Shown here: one piece after another, positions 36,553-47,267 of the stretch
Position numbering within the stretch: position 1 is the first letter of the stretch
How the letters are laid out: each line of letters starts with the position of its first letter
From: Diplonema japonicum
Taxonomy: Eukaryota > Protista > Euglenozoa: Diplonemea
Assembly (NCBI GenBank): GCA_964019335.1
Contig: OZ025655.1
Span: forward strand, 496,001-560,000
DNA length: 64,000 nucleotides
Direction: 5' to 3'
Made by a program: the position numbers and the translations under genes
The notes under the pieces: model-generated
Told to the model about the DNA's origin: nothing
Seen by the model: only the letters and a program-made list of their open reading frames with translations
Database searches by the model: none

Positions 36553-38814
36553 TTACAAATATTTATCTTTCAAAAATGATTTTATCCCCTAAACGCCCGG
36601 AGCCTATCTACGGTACCCCCCCATTTTCGTTGTTTTTAAATACTCAAAAAAAGGGCAGCATGCAACCATAGGAAGGTGCAAGGAAAGGGTAAACGGTACT
36701 AAAATTTTCAATTCCGGTGCCAGATTCAGATGAGAACACTTAACTATGTGTGTAAGAGGGGGATTGAAGGTGTACTTCTTATGTCCGATTTTGGGGGGTC
36801 TTGTCGTGGGGGGTCCGTGGAGTTATGGGGTAAAAAGGGCAGCATTCAGCCCTATTTGGTGCCCTGAACTCTAGGATTGAGGTCAGTCTGGAGACTTTTT
36901 GGGGCTGTGGGATGAAAAAAGCAACTTGTGAGTTTTTTTTCCAGCTGGGGTAGCATGCAAGGGTAAAAAACACGTTTTGCATAAGGGGGTTTTGCAACAG
37001 GGGCACCACGTGCACCTTCTTCCCGCACCCAGGAACAGCATAGAGCACCCTCCTCACCTTCGTTCCGTTCATCATGGTCTCGGAGGTGTGATTTAGGGTC
37101 AAATCGAGACGTTTTGGGTATTTCTGAGTGAGGGAATCCTCATTGCTAGCGTGTTTGCGCGTTGGGGGTCGGTGACGGTGTTGTCGGGGGGTGTGTGCTA
37201 TCGGTTTTTGGGGCATGGGTGAGAAGCTTGCCAACAAGTTCTTCTTTGAAGCTCGGGAAGCCATAATTTTTGCCACATTCCCTGCTCTTCTTCCAGATTA
37301 TGGAGGGGTTGGCAACACAGCTTTCCAGGACCCAATAAAAAACGACCATGGTCCACTTCCGGGTTTTCATATGCCGAACTCCAGTCCCCTGGAGCTGGTC
37401 TTGCAGGTCAGGGGTCGACAGCAAACCCTTAGGAGTCGACAGTATGCATGACTAGGTCCTGTGTTGTGGACTTCTTGCTGAAAATGTTGAAATTCGCCAG
37501 GTAACAGTTTTATGAGTCGCATGTAGCGATTACCTTGATGCCCACCGAGTTGCTTTTTCGTGGTGCCATGACTTTTATTGTTGGCGGGATAACACTGTCG
37601 TCAACAGACAACCACTTGCCAGGGGTCCGCACAGTCCTACACCGGTTGACAATGATGTCAAGAAACCTGCGCATGAGGTGCAGTTTCAGGCCTTCCAAAT
37701 GCTTTCCAGGTTGTCAAAGGTGAGGTAGCGCTGTATGTCAACGAATCGGTTTGCCCATTTTCTCAAAAGCCGGGATGGTTAAATTAGAATTTGTTGTCCA
37801 GTAGCTCTTCATGTTCGGTGCCGAGCGTAAACCCATTAACAGGACCAACCCAAGCCAAATTTTGTACTCTGGGATGGAAAGATTCAGATTCCGCTGTTTT
37901 TTTAACCGAAACGACCGTTCGTGGAAGAAACTATGAGCTCAAGTACCGCGTGTGTAAAAAAAAAGATTAAAAACACCCTCCTCATTGGCCGCTTCACCTA
38001 GAGGTGTCCTAAGCCCACCTTTTTACGGAAATGATATGTTTCGGGCCTTTGGGAGTATTTCTCCCACCCAAGCATCGTTTCCGGCCCCTCTTTGACCGCC
38101 TCATCGTCTTTTTCTTCTTTTTCTGACCAGTCGGGGAGACTCACGTTTTCGCTGCTATTTTGACCATCTGATTTCATTTTAAGCCAACCCTGCTGGTTTC
38201 AATTAAAACAAAACTTTTAACGCAAAATGTAGTTCCAAGACAAAATAAACCGCGCAACAATGCCATATTTTGAAGTCCAGGGGCCGTGTTCAAAAAAAAG
38301 TACTTAGCGAAAAAGCAAATTTTGAAATAAGGACAAAAACGTCCGCGCGGGCGTTTAGGGGTTATAACTATATGCAACTTGTGCCGAGCAAAACTTTCGC
38401 AGCTTTTTAAAAATCTTTTTTGCTCGACAAAGACATATAGTCATAAAGAATTATTTTTTTTTTTCTCTCCCCTCAGCATACCGTTACTGACGCACCCCAA
38501 CCTGCCAAACAATCTCTGTCCAAAGAAGCCATTAGCGCCTTTTTTTTTTTTTTTTTTTTTTTTTTCCTCCTTCCCATTATGATACCTGGCTCACTACTTC
38601 AAAGAGCTCGTCGGCGTTCATGTTCGGCTTGAACATGCTCTCACAGGTCCCAAGCAGTGAATCTTGCGTAGTACCAGTGACAATAAAGTCCTCTGGAGCA
38701 ACATGGCTACCAATACAGTCAAAGCCCGCTACGTACGACTGGCCCTTTTCATCGATACCTGCAACGACAGGCTCCACGAAAAAGCTGCCGAAACGGTGGG
38801 AGTAGAGGAGCTGG

Positions 38815-38846
<32 letters not shown>

Positions 38847-39136
38847 GATTCCCATACGTTGCCCAGCATGGATGTAGCGGACTTCACGGGCATTTCTCTT
38901 TCTTCGCGCAATCGGAACATTTTCATCCTGAATTTTATCTTGGCGAGCAGCGTTTGGTTATCAGTCTCAAGGCCTGGGAGGCCCACGAAGACCCTGCTTC
39001 CTACCTGGTGGTGCTTTACATTGTTTCTTCCAATAGTGTTGAACTGGGTACCGAATCTGTTATCACTCGCTATCGCCACACACCCGTCGCCCTTCATGGC
39101 CACCATGGCCCCTCCGTTGTACGCAAAAATCGACAT
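35892..39136 (-). CDS. PSMB3: 20S proteasome subunit beta-3, 4 exons; the last intron is 2.5 kb and contains two transposons
   Basis: MSIFAYNGGAMVAMKGDGCVAIASD...LLYSHRFG...LDRDCLAGWGA. Introns 38811-38857, 38539-38585 and 35949-38481. Last exon 35892-35948 encodes ILKNTGECITRQIKTRLD*. Confidence 0.93.
35975..36521. mobile_element. Non-autonomous element with asymmetric inverted repeats and a long terminal hairpin (Crypton- or Helentron-like architecture)
   Basis: 19-bp perfect IR ATTTCACTCTTCGTCATTT at 35976-35994 and 36362-36380; 99-bp imperfect palindrome at 36403-36501; repeated CATTATTTAAC motifs; T-runs on both sides. Confidence 0.7.
36586..38361 (-). mobile_element. Decayed piggyBac-superfamily transposon, 1776 bp
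   Basis: 14-bp TIR CCCCTAAACGCCCG / CGGGCGTTTAGGGG, with TTAT duplicated at 36582-36585 and 38362-38365; transposase relic inside. Confidence 0.9.
36950..38170 (-). pseudogene. piggyBac transposase pseudogene (frameshifts, stops, deletions); boundaries approximate
   Basis: Fragments EYKIWLGLVLLMGL..PNMKSYW, NRFVDIQRYL, PGKWLSVDDSVIP, KSNSVGIKVIATCDS and an eroded Cys-rich C-terminus, in different frames. Confidence 0.85.
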
Positions 39137-41187
39137 TTTTCTTTCCCCGCCCCCTTTCCTGTTTTTCAAAAAAAAAAAAATCTTTTTTTTCTTTTCCATC
39201 TCAAAATACATAAAAACAAAAAAAAAACAAAAAAAAGGTAGTCGAGGGGGGTGCGAGGGGAAGGATGGGGTATACCAGGAATTTGGGAAAATGAAGGGGG
39301 GAGTGATTATTTCTTTTTTTTTCTCACAAAAAAAAATAAAATTGTTGTATGTCATATTGTTTGGGACAAATGGGGGGGGAGGGGGGGGAGAAAAAAAAAC
39401 ACAAGAAAAAAAAAGTAACAAAGGGGGGAGCGGAAGGGGGTTGTGAATTGGGACATTGACTGATCGCAAGGAAGGGGGGTGTGTGTGGAATTGTTTGCAT
39501 ACCTCCCACTGTTGTTGGGGTTTTTCTTTTTTCTTTTTTTTTTTTTTTTCCCCTCTTATTTGTTGTTGAAATCTCGGTATCAAGCCGAATATTACAGAAC
39601 AAAGGCCCAGTATTGTGAGGTTACTGGGGGAGGGTGGGTACTGGGGGGAGAGGGCATTCTTTCATGTTTCCCACCCCCCCTGGATTTTCTCCTTTATTTT
39701 TTATCCATTTTCTTTTATTTTCTTCTTCTTTTCTTGTTCTTCTTTGTACCCCCCTCTCTTTTTTTTTTCCCATTCTTTTAATTTGTGTGGTTCAGGGCTT
39801 TAGGCTTCCTGAGCCAGGGGTACTTCTCTTAGAGATACAGGGGAGGAGGGGGAGAATAAACAAAAAGGTTGCTCCTTTCGGTAATTCTATCAATATAAAA
39901 AAAAATAAAAAATAAAAAAAGAAGAAAGAAAAAAAAGGTCAGAAAGAAGAAGAAATAAAAAAAAAAAACTAAACATTCAAGGATTGCGTTTTCACACTCA
40001 GCTTGTTGTGTGGCTTTAAAAGAAAACAAAAAACAAAAACAAAAAAAATAGGGACGAAAAGGTGAACAAGAAAAAGGAGGAGGAAAAAAAAAAAAAAAAA
40101 AGGGAAAAAAAACGCACTGAGACATAAATAAAAATAAAGAAATCCTGATACTTCTAAACAAAAAAAAAAGAAGAATAATTGAATTCTTTTTTTTTTTTTT
40201 TTTCTCTTTTTTCGAAGGCTTATTCTTAGGTCGGGTTGCAGAAACTTGACAGGAGTCTTGCTTCCTTTTTTTCTTTCTTCAATTGGCTCTTTTTGCCATT
40301 TTCTTTCATAAGGGGAGTAGCACATAACACTACTTAACTTGTCACCACTTAACCCAAGGATGTCCCTCAACCTTCCTCATACCTCCTGCAACCATAGATG
40401 AAAAAAGAAAAAGAAAAAATATATTTTCGTACTGAACACAGAAAGTGATGTTGGGGAGGGTGTAGGGGGATCTCTTTTCTTTTTTTTTTTTTTTTTTTTT
40501 TTTCTCACTTTAGATAATGCTCTAGTTACGTTTGCTTTACGACTGCTCCCACCCCCTTCTTTGTTTTCCCCTTAAAAAAGGGGGGAGGGGGAGAAGGGAT
40601 TTTTAATAGGTTTCTCAACCACATTATTTTTTTTTTACTTGATAAAAGACTTAAAGAGGGGGGGGGTCACAAAGAAGTCCCCTTGTCAAGGGGAAAGAAG
40701 AAGATAAGGATAAGAATTAACAGAGCATGCACAAGGGGAAAGAGGGAAGACAAAAAAAAAAAGAAACACTCAAAACGAGATTAAAAAAGAAAAGAAAAAA
40801 AGGGGGGGGGAGGACCTTGCATTTTTCTTCTTTGAGTTGCCATTCTCCGAAACTCGCAAACCCGATTTCCTTGAGACTCTACTTTTTGCAGTCTCACCCC
40901 TCCCCCCCCCCCCCCCCCGTCCCTTTTAAAGAAGAAATCGTATTCGGGGGGGGGGGGGGGGGGGTCTCTGTCAATTCTCTTTTTTTTTTCCGGCATGTAC
41001 AAACAACGGCCAGTTCCTCTTTTTCTCTTTCCCCTGACCATACCATAATTACTTTCCGAACCTTTTTTTTTTTAAAACCCTCATTTAATTTAAGCCTCTT
41101 TCATTTCTTTTTTAGTTTTTTTTTTTTCAAAAAAAAAAAAAAAAACGGAGAAGAAAAAATTCTTCCCTCTCACCAAAAGAAAGTGCT

Positions 41188-41222
<35 letters not shown>

Positions 41223-41231
41223 CCTCCCTGG

Positions 41232-42764
41232 TCAAAACAAGCTCACGATGTAAAGGTTCCCAAAAAGGTCCCCGAGAGCAATGGAGCGACAGCCAGACGA
41301 GATTTTAGTAACGGGCGACCTCGTGGTGATGAAGCAGTATTCAGTACCATCTGAGATATTGAGAAGCTGCACCGTTCGGTCGGTCTTGCCAATTGCAACA
41401 AGCCCTCCCGGTGCCACCGCAGCATGAGTATGCCGCACGCGAGAAGACGGATTTTTTCGAATACTCTCCAAAACAGATTTCGGAGTGCAAGCGACGTACG
41501 GTGCATCAGTACCGAGCAACCGGGTCCAAACTGGGTCACCCTCACCTCCCACATCCCAACAGCACACAGTTCGCTCATCGCATGTTATAACAAATTTTCC
41601 GTCAGGTGTGTACCCCAACGCACGAATTGGGGTGGAATGCGCGTCTATTTCAAGAACAGCTTCTCCTGTTCTTGCATTCCATATCATAAGCCTGCCCTCA
41701 AAGGATCCGCTTGCAACATGCTTGCCTGATGGGGAGAAACAAATGCTGGTTATACCGCAGTTTTGTTCAGTGTACTTTGCGATCATCTTGCCGTTGTGGA
41801 TGTCGTAAACGAGAACGCAGCCGTTTATGTTGCCCTCATCGTCGAACATTTCCACGCCAACAGCGAGGAGCTTGGAGTCGGGGGATATCCTAACTAGGAT
41901 CATGCGGACCTCACCGACATCGTCGTCTGAAAACGTCATCGTCTTCTTAACCCGAAACGTGTTCATATCCCACAACAACACGCTTTCCATTCTGTGAACA
42001 GTCGCAAGCTGCGAGCCATCAATAGTGAACGAAGCATCAACAGCGGAATCGTAACAATCCTTCCGCCTGCCGTCTAGCGATCCACAGATAACTTGTTGTC
42101 GTATATCTGTAACACGTGCTGACGACTCTGACGATCCTATCGAAGCGTCGGTGGACACTAAAAGCCAGTCGTTTGGTGACAACACAGCGACACGGATTGA
42201 TTTTGGATGGCCTCTTACCGCGGTTACTCTAATCCGTTTAACGGTAACTGGAACAGAACGGGAGATTAGGATGTTAGTAACTTCTGAAGCATCTTCTGCG
42301 TCTGCGATTTCATGTTCTCTTGCACGGTCGATTCCGATGGCGACCTTGCCGAAATCAGTGTGGATGGAAACGGGTATTGCGCCAGGTCTTTTTTCAATGG
42401 TGCGTTGTCCTGTTATGAGATTCCATAGTTGTTCCTTCATGGATGGGGCGGTGGTGTGGGTGATCGAGTGGTGAACATCTTCGTTGGAGTGGCTGTTTGA
42501 CTGGCTCGTTGATTTTGAACGAACAGACGGTTCTTCTTCGTCATGGTGTGTGTCCGGTAAATCCGAATATTTTATACCCTTTCTATGCTTGCTCACCAAA
42601 TTGCTTGTCGTGTACTGTGGAACGTGTGCTTGCGACGGAACCGTAGTCTGCACCTCGTGTTCCTCACAGTTCCCAACAACCTTCTCCTTTTTCGTGTTTT
42701 TAATGTCATCGTGTTTATAATCCAACGCCCTGCCTTTTTCCTCCGCGCTTGCACCACATCCCAT
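41232..42764 (-). CDS. WD40-repeat protein with an N-terminal myristoylation/palmitoylation motif
   Basis: Starts MGCGAS; repeats such as ITSICFSPSGKHVASGSFEGRLMIWN and IRALGYTPDGKFVITCDERTVCCWD. Confidence 0.9.
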   Translation of the reverse strand: MGCGASAEEKGRALDYKHDDIKNTKKEKVVGNCEEHEVQTTVPSQAHVPQYTTSNLVSKHRKGIKYSDLPDTHHDEEEPSVRSKSTSQSNSHSNEDVHHSITHTTAPSMKEQLWNLITGQRTIEKRPGAIPVSIHTDFGKVAIGIDRAREHEIADAEDASEVTNILISRSVPVTVKRIRVTAVRGHPKSIRVAVLSPNDWLLVSTDASIGSSESSARVTDIRQQVICGSLDGRRKDCYDSAVDASFTIDGSQLATVHRMESVLLWDMNTFRVKKTMTFSDDDVGEVRMILVRISPDSKLLAVGVEMFDDEGNINGCVLVYDIHNGKMIAKYTEQNCGITSICFSPSGKHVASGSFEGRLMIWNARTGEAVLEIDAHSTPIRALGYTPDGKFVITCDERTVCCWDVGGEGDPVWTRLLGTDAPYVACTPKSVLESIRKNPSSRVRHTHAAVAPGGLVAIGKTDRTVQLLNISDGTEYCFITTRSPVTKISSGCRSIALGDLFGNLYIVSLF

Positions 42765-43050
42765 TTAGGGTTTGGGAAAAAGAGGGAAGAGGAGAAGCGG
42801 AATGCAGAAGCGAAGAGAAGGGGTGGGAGAAAAAAAAAATGGGATGGGATTTAAAAAAAAGGGGGGGGGGAGAGAGGCGCTTTTTTGCGGTGTAACACGT
42901 GTGTTGTGTGTTTGGTCTTTGTGTGTAGCACACACACACACACCCCACCCACCCCCTCCCTCTTGCCTGTGGGTGTGATTGATGTGAGTTTTCTTTTTTG
43001 TTGTTGTTGTGAAGGTATAAGAAATGCGAGAGAAAAAAAAAAATGAAACT

Positions 43051-43090
<40 letters not shown>

Positions 43091-44461
43091 AGATTTTCTC
43101 CCCCTTTTATACGGAATCGCTTCTTTTTTTCTTTTCTTTCTTTTTTTCTTTTCTTTCTTTTTTTCTTCCAGTGACCGAAGAGGTTGAAACTCCTGATTAT
43201 CAAATTACTAGATATCAAAAGGAAAAAAAAAAATCCAGTTCCCAGTAGTTGAGTGGAAAATAATTATTTGTTGGAAAAAAAAAAGGAAAAAAAAAGGGGG
43301 GGATGGTTAGGGGCTAGAGAACAAACCAAAGGTTTAGGCCACAAGAAAGAAAAATCCCACGTTATCTTGGACTGCAGGAAACCACAGGCAGTGCTTTAGC
43401 AGAATCTTCTGAGAAAGTTCTGTGCCGGCCAGCTGCCACTCACCACAGGGGCTTTCGCAACAGCAAAAACTTCTTTCTTTCTTTTTTGAGAAACTGTTAA
43501 CTTGACCAGTCTACGGAATGCCCAAGGCCTATTTAGGAAGAAGAGGCTTCTTATCCAGTCCCCTCGACTAGGGGCGGATTTTGAGCATTTCAGGGGGATC
43601 AAGTTACACCCTTCTTTCTTTCTTTTTTTTTTGTTTTTTTTTTTTTTTTTTTTTTTTTCCGAACGTCATTCCGGTGCCCAGAAGGGGCCAAAAAAAAATG
43701 GTCAAAAACTAAAGTACAACTTTGGGGGGAAAAAAAAGGGGGGGTTTTTTTTTTTGTCCCCTCTCTGAGTTCCAATAAAAAAACTCGGATTTTTTTTTTT
43801 TTTTCCCCTCCTTGTTTTATTTTTATTTTTTTTTTAGATTTTTCTTACCAACATCAGCAGCAATACCCCGGTTCCCTTCGTGTTTCATAAACATTGCAAG
43901 TGCTCCTCGCGATCGGAGGCCTACATGAGTTCTTCGTCTTTACCAACTCCCAACCCTTACTGTTCGTTTCTGAACAGCAGACAACTGCACAAAAAAGCTC
44001 CCCTTCTTTTCTTCGAGAAAAGATAGAAAAGAAAGAAAGCTAAAAAAAAAAAAAAAAAAAGAGGGGAAACGATTCCCCAACGCCATCGAAAGCAAACCCT
44101 CCTAGAGGGCAACAGGCAGGTAGAGAAGGAAGAAAGGAGAGGAGGTGTGAGAAGAAAAAGGAAAAAAAATAGGGGAGAGAAGAAAAAAAAAAAAGATAGA
44201 AACCTCTGAACAGCCAGTTGACGGCTTTCTTTTTTTTTTTTTTTCTTTAAATTCTTCTTTACCACAAACACAATAATGCATACTGCAGCATATGTCTAAT
44301 TCAGAAAGTTTTCAACATCAACAATACAATACAGTAAGGAAGCATGTACAAAAAAAAAATAATAAAAGAGGACAAAAAAAAAGGGGGGGCATTTAAGAAA
44401 AAGGTTTGCTTTTTTTTTTTTTTTTTTTTTTTTTCACAGCCGAGCACAGGGCAAACCTTTG

Positions 44462-45194
44462 TCAGTACCTCGAAGGGAGGTGTTGAGGGTGTTGGGACCG
44501 TCCAGAGACGTGAGACGAAAGCTCCATGACTTCGGGCAACGGATCGTAAGCAGCTAGATTCTCATCTTGTCGGCGCACTATTCTGGCCAACGAAGAAGGA
44601 CAAGCACTGTACATGAGCTCGTCGGTCCCCATTCTATCGGTGTGTCTACTCCACTCGGACACGAATTGGCTCCAGAACTTCCCTTCATGGTTGCTGAACT
44701 CCTCCTGAGGGCGGCTTTGCGCCCTCCGCCGCCTGTTGGACCTGTCGCCCTGGTGGTCGCTGCGGTGCCCCCGATGGTGCCGTTCCCTCCGTCTGTCCGA
44801 AGAAGGCGTTCTGCTCGTCACAAAAGAATCCTCCGTAGATGTGAACTCCCTCATGTTGTTGTCATCATATCCTTGATAAGGATTTTCGTAGCGTTGATGT
44901 GGTTCATGATGATGATGATCCTGAGGGTGGATGTCGTCTGTTGGCGGCCGTCCCCCTTGCCCCATTTCCTGTAAAGTGTTGTACCGACCGCAAGACGGGC
45001 ATTCTCCTCCAAAATCCCCCGACAGGATCTTGCTGACCTGCTCGTCGCTCAACTCGTTCATAAATGTTGCCAAATGGTTTAGTTTCTTCACTTGGTCCAG
45101 TGTGAGGTTCTGTAGTAGCTCTCGGACTTTTTCCTTGTCTGCCTGCTCGGATGTTTGCTCCTCAAACCCAGCAGGTTCGTATTGGTACTGTTGC

Positions 45195-45234
<40 letters not shown>

Positions 45235-45575
45235 GCTGCTGTTGTGGCGGGTCTTCTATGCCCTTTACTAAAATGAACTCACCGCTCTTCAACCCCAGCG
45301 CCTCGGGGGTCATGTCTCCTGGTAGCTCGGACCCGACCGCCCCGTTCTTGAACGTGAAAAACCGGATCCCGTTCCTCCCGATGCTCTCCATGTAGCTCTT
45401 CCCCAGGGTCCCCGTCAGACTCGTTATCTGCGGCTTGAACGCCAACGTCTTCTTCCCATCCACCGACCATGGGAACGACTTCACCCCGCCCTGTGTTTAA
45501 CAATGCCATGTTTAACCATAAGCATACCTTCAAAAGCCCATAGGCCGATGGCTCGACGGTTACCGTTATTATCAT
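44462..45575 (-). CDS. Protein with an N-terminal ubiquitin/SUMO-like domain and a polyglutamine tract
   Basis: Exon 1 MIITVTVEPSAYGLLK, intron 45491-45527, then ...RFFTF...ELPGDMTPEALGLKSGEFILV (SUMO-like pattern), Q19, CPSC. Confidence 0.7.
45188..45244 (-). repeat. (CAA/CAG)19 coding microsatellite
   Basis: TTG/CTG run on the plus strand encoding 19 Gln. Confidence 0.95.
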
Positions 45576-45644
45576 CGACCTGCGTGTGGTGAGCAAGGAT
45601 CAGGAGGGGAGGGGAGAATAAAGAAAAAGCGGTGTAAATTTAGG

Positions 45645-47183
45645 TTAATAAACATCAGGGCGGTGGTCCTTCGACCATTTGGTGAGGTCTGCGTTGAGGG
45701 CAGTGTACGCCTCGCGGACTTCGTAGATCCTTCGGGAGAGGCGGATTTTGGCCTCGGCGACGGGGCGCAGGACGCTGAGGTTGATGAGGAAGGACATGAA
45801 GTAGCTGCCTGTGACGACCCAGATTGCGAGGAACACCATCGAGGACTGGTTGCTGTCTGCCACGCTGTACACCTCGTCGTGTGCCGTCGCAACGATCATG
45901 ACAAGTGCCTTCCCACGTGACTCTAGTATGTCGATGTCGACGGAATAGGAGTCGATGCTGCTGTCGTACCGAAGCGAGACGGTGCCGGCTGGAGACTGTC
46001 TGATGGTCCTCACCAGCTGTGCATATCCACCTGGGAAGCGTCCCTGGAGCAGTCTCCCCAGCCCTGCCACCCATTCATCATCGCTCTCATGCAAATACAG
46101 CCTGCTCCCATTGTCTCTTACCAACGACATCTCTCGACTCCCCGCCACCACAAACCCTGCATCTTTATAAACACATATTCCTTCTTCTATTCTGCAGCTC
46201 TCGCTCTCCGTTACGCAGCCACCACATATCTGCTGCCGCTCGTACTCCCTTGACACGGGATACACCCCGCCCCCCGAGTAGTCGCTGAACCCCGCGTCTA
46301 ACAGCAGCTTCACGCTGCCCTTCGACGAGATATGTGCGTTAATATTGAAATCAAATGTGCCAGACATAACGAAGGCACCCACAATAAGACGGCCGTGGGT
46401 CGTCACGCAAGCGTGGCCTACTTCGCTAAACGGGAAACGGTAGAGCGTGGTCCAGTTGAGCTGTGAAGCCGTTGCGGGCCATTGTGCGGTCATGAGTGTC
46501 CAGGGCTGGGTGGTCAGATCGAAATGGGTAGCTTTGGTGTAACCGCTGCTGTCGTTGTACGTGATGGTGGTGAGGTTGGGGGGTTTGTACCACACGTGGG
46601 AGAGTTCGTTGGCAGCCACCATGCTGTCCTTGTCGAGGTTGGCGATGAAGACGATGGTCGAGAACTTGTCGAGGTACGACGAGTACTGCGTGAGCTGGTT
46701 GGCCACCTGTGCGGGGTCTTTCAACTCAGGGTCGATGAGGTTCTGGGTGATCTTGCCGACGACAGTAAACACAGCATGTGGTGCCTTGACGATGACGTCT
46801 GAGAGGTGTGTCTTCAAAGAGGCCAGCTGCCGCTGGCGGAGCAGGAACACAAGCTCATCCGTCGTACTGCTAATTGCGCCGTGTGCCGCAGCAACTGCTG
46901 TGATACCTATGACAATCACAAACATCGACGGAAGTGTGAATAGCAGCTTCATGAGATGACGCTTCCTCTCCCTCGGCTTTTCACACCATGTCTCCTTCCT
47001 TTCCAGCGAACACCGTTTGCACACATCATACCCACACTCTTCACATGTAAGCTGTGCATCCCCCTTCAGGATCACCTCCCCGCACCTATCGCACTGCCTG
47101 TTGTTGTTGAACGCGGTTGTCTCGAACACCTCATGCCCCTCTGGGCACTTCACCCCTAGGAGCTCTTCCGCCTCCTCGGACAT
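45645..47183 (-). CDS. Two-TM receptor-like protein: N-terminal Cys/His zinc finger, Cache-like ectodomain, short cytoplasmic tail
   Basis: CPEGH..CDRC..CEECGYDVCKRC; TM1 LFTLPSMFVIVIGITAVAAA; WT.LY Cache-like motif; TM2 MVFLAIWVVTGSYFMSFLI. Confidence 0.65.
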   Translation of the reverse strand: MSEEAEELLGVKCPEGHEVFETTAFNNNRQCDRCGEVILKGDAQLTCEECGYDVCKRCSLERKETWCEKPRERKRHLMKLLFTLPSMFVIVIGITAVAAAHGAISSTTDELVFLLRQRQLASLKTHLSDVIVKAPHAVFTVVGKITQNLIDPELKDPAQVANQLTQYSSYLDKFSTIVFIANLDKDSMVAANELSHVWYKPPNLTTITYNDSSGYTKATHFDLTTQPWTLMTAQWPATASQLNWTTLYRFPFSEVGHACVTTHGRLIVGAFVMSGTFDFNINAHISSKGSVKLLLDAGFSDYSGGGVYPVSREYERQQICGGCVTESESCRIEEGICVYKDAGFVVAGSREMSLVRDNGSRLYLHESDDEWVAGLGRLLQGRFPGGYAQLVRTIRQSPAGTVSLRYDSSIDSYSVDIDILESRGKALVMIVATAHDEVYSVADSNQSSMVFLAIWVVTGSYFMSFLINLSVLRPVAEAKIRLSRRIYEVREAYTALNADLTKWSKDHRPDVY

Positions 47184-47267
47184 TTCCTGTCCTCTGTGAG
47201 AGTCTCAGAAATGAAACGAGAATTTATGAGAAGGGGGGAAAAGAAAGAAAGAGTGGTTTAAAGATAG

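Noticed and set aside
4903-44529. Dozens of short poly-Phe/Lys/Gly/Pro ORFs in the track
   Set aside because: Translations of intergenic or intronic homopolymers, with no domain content.
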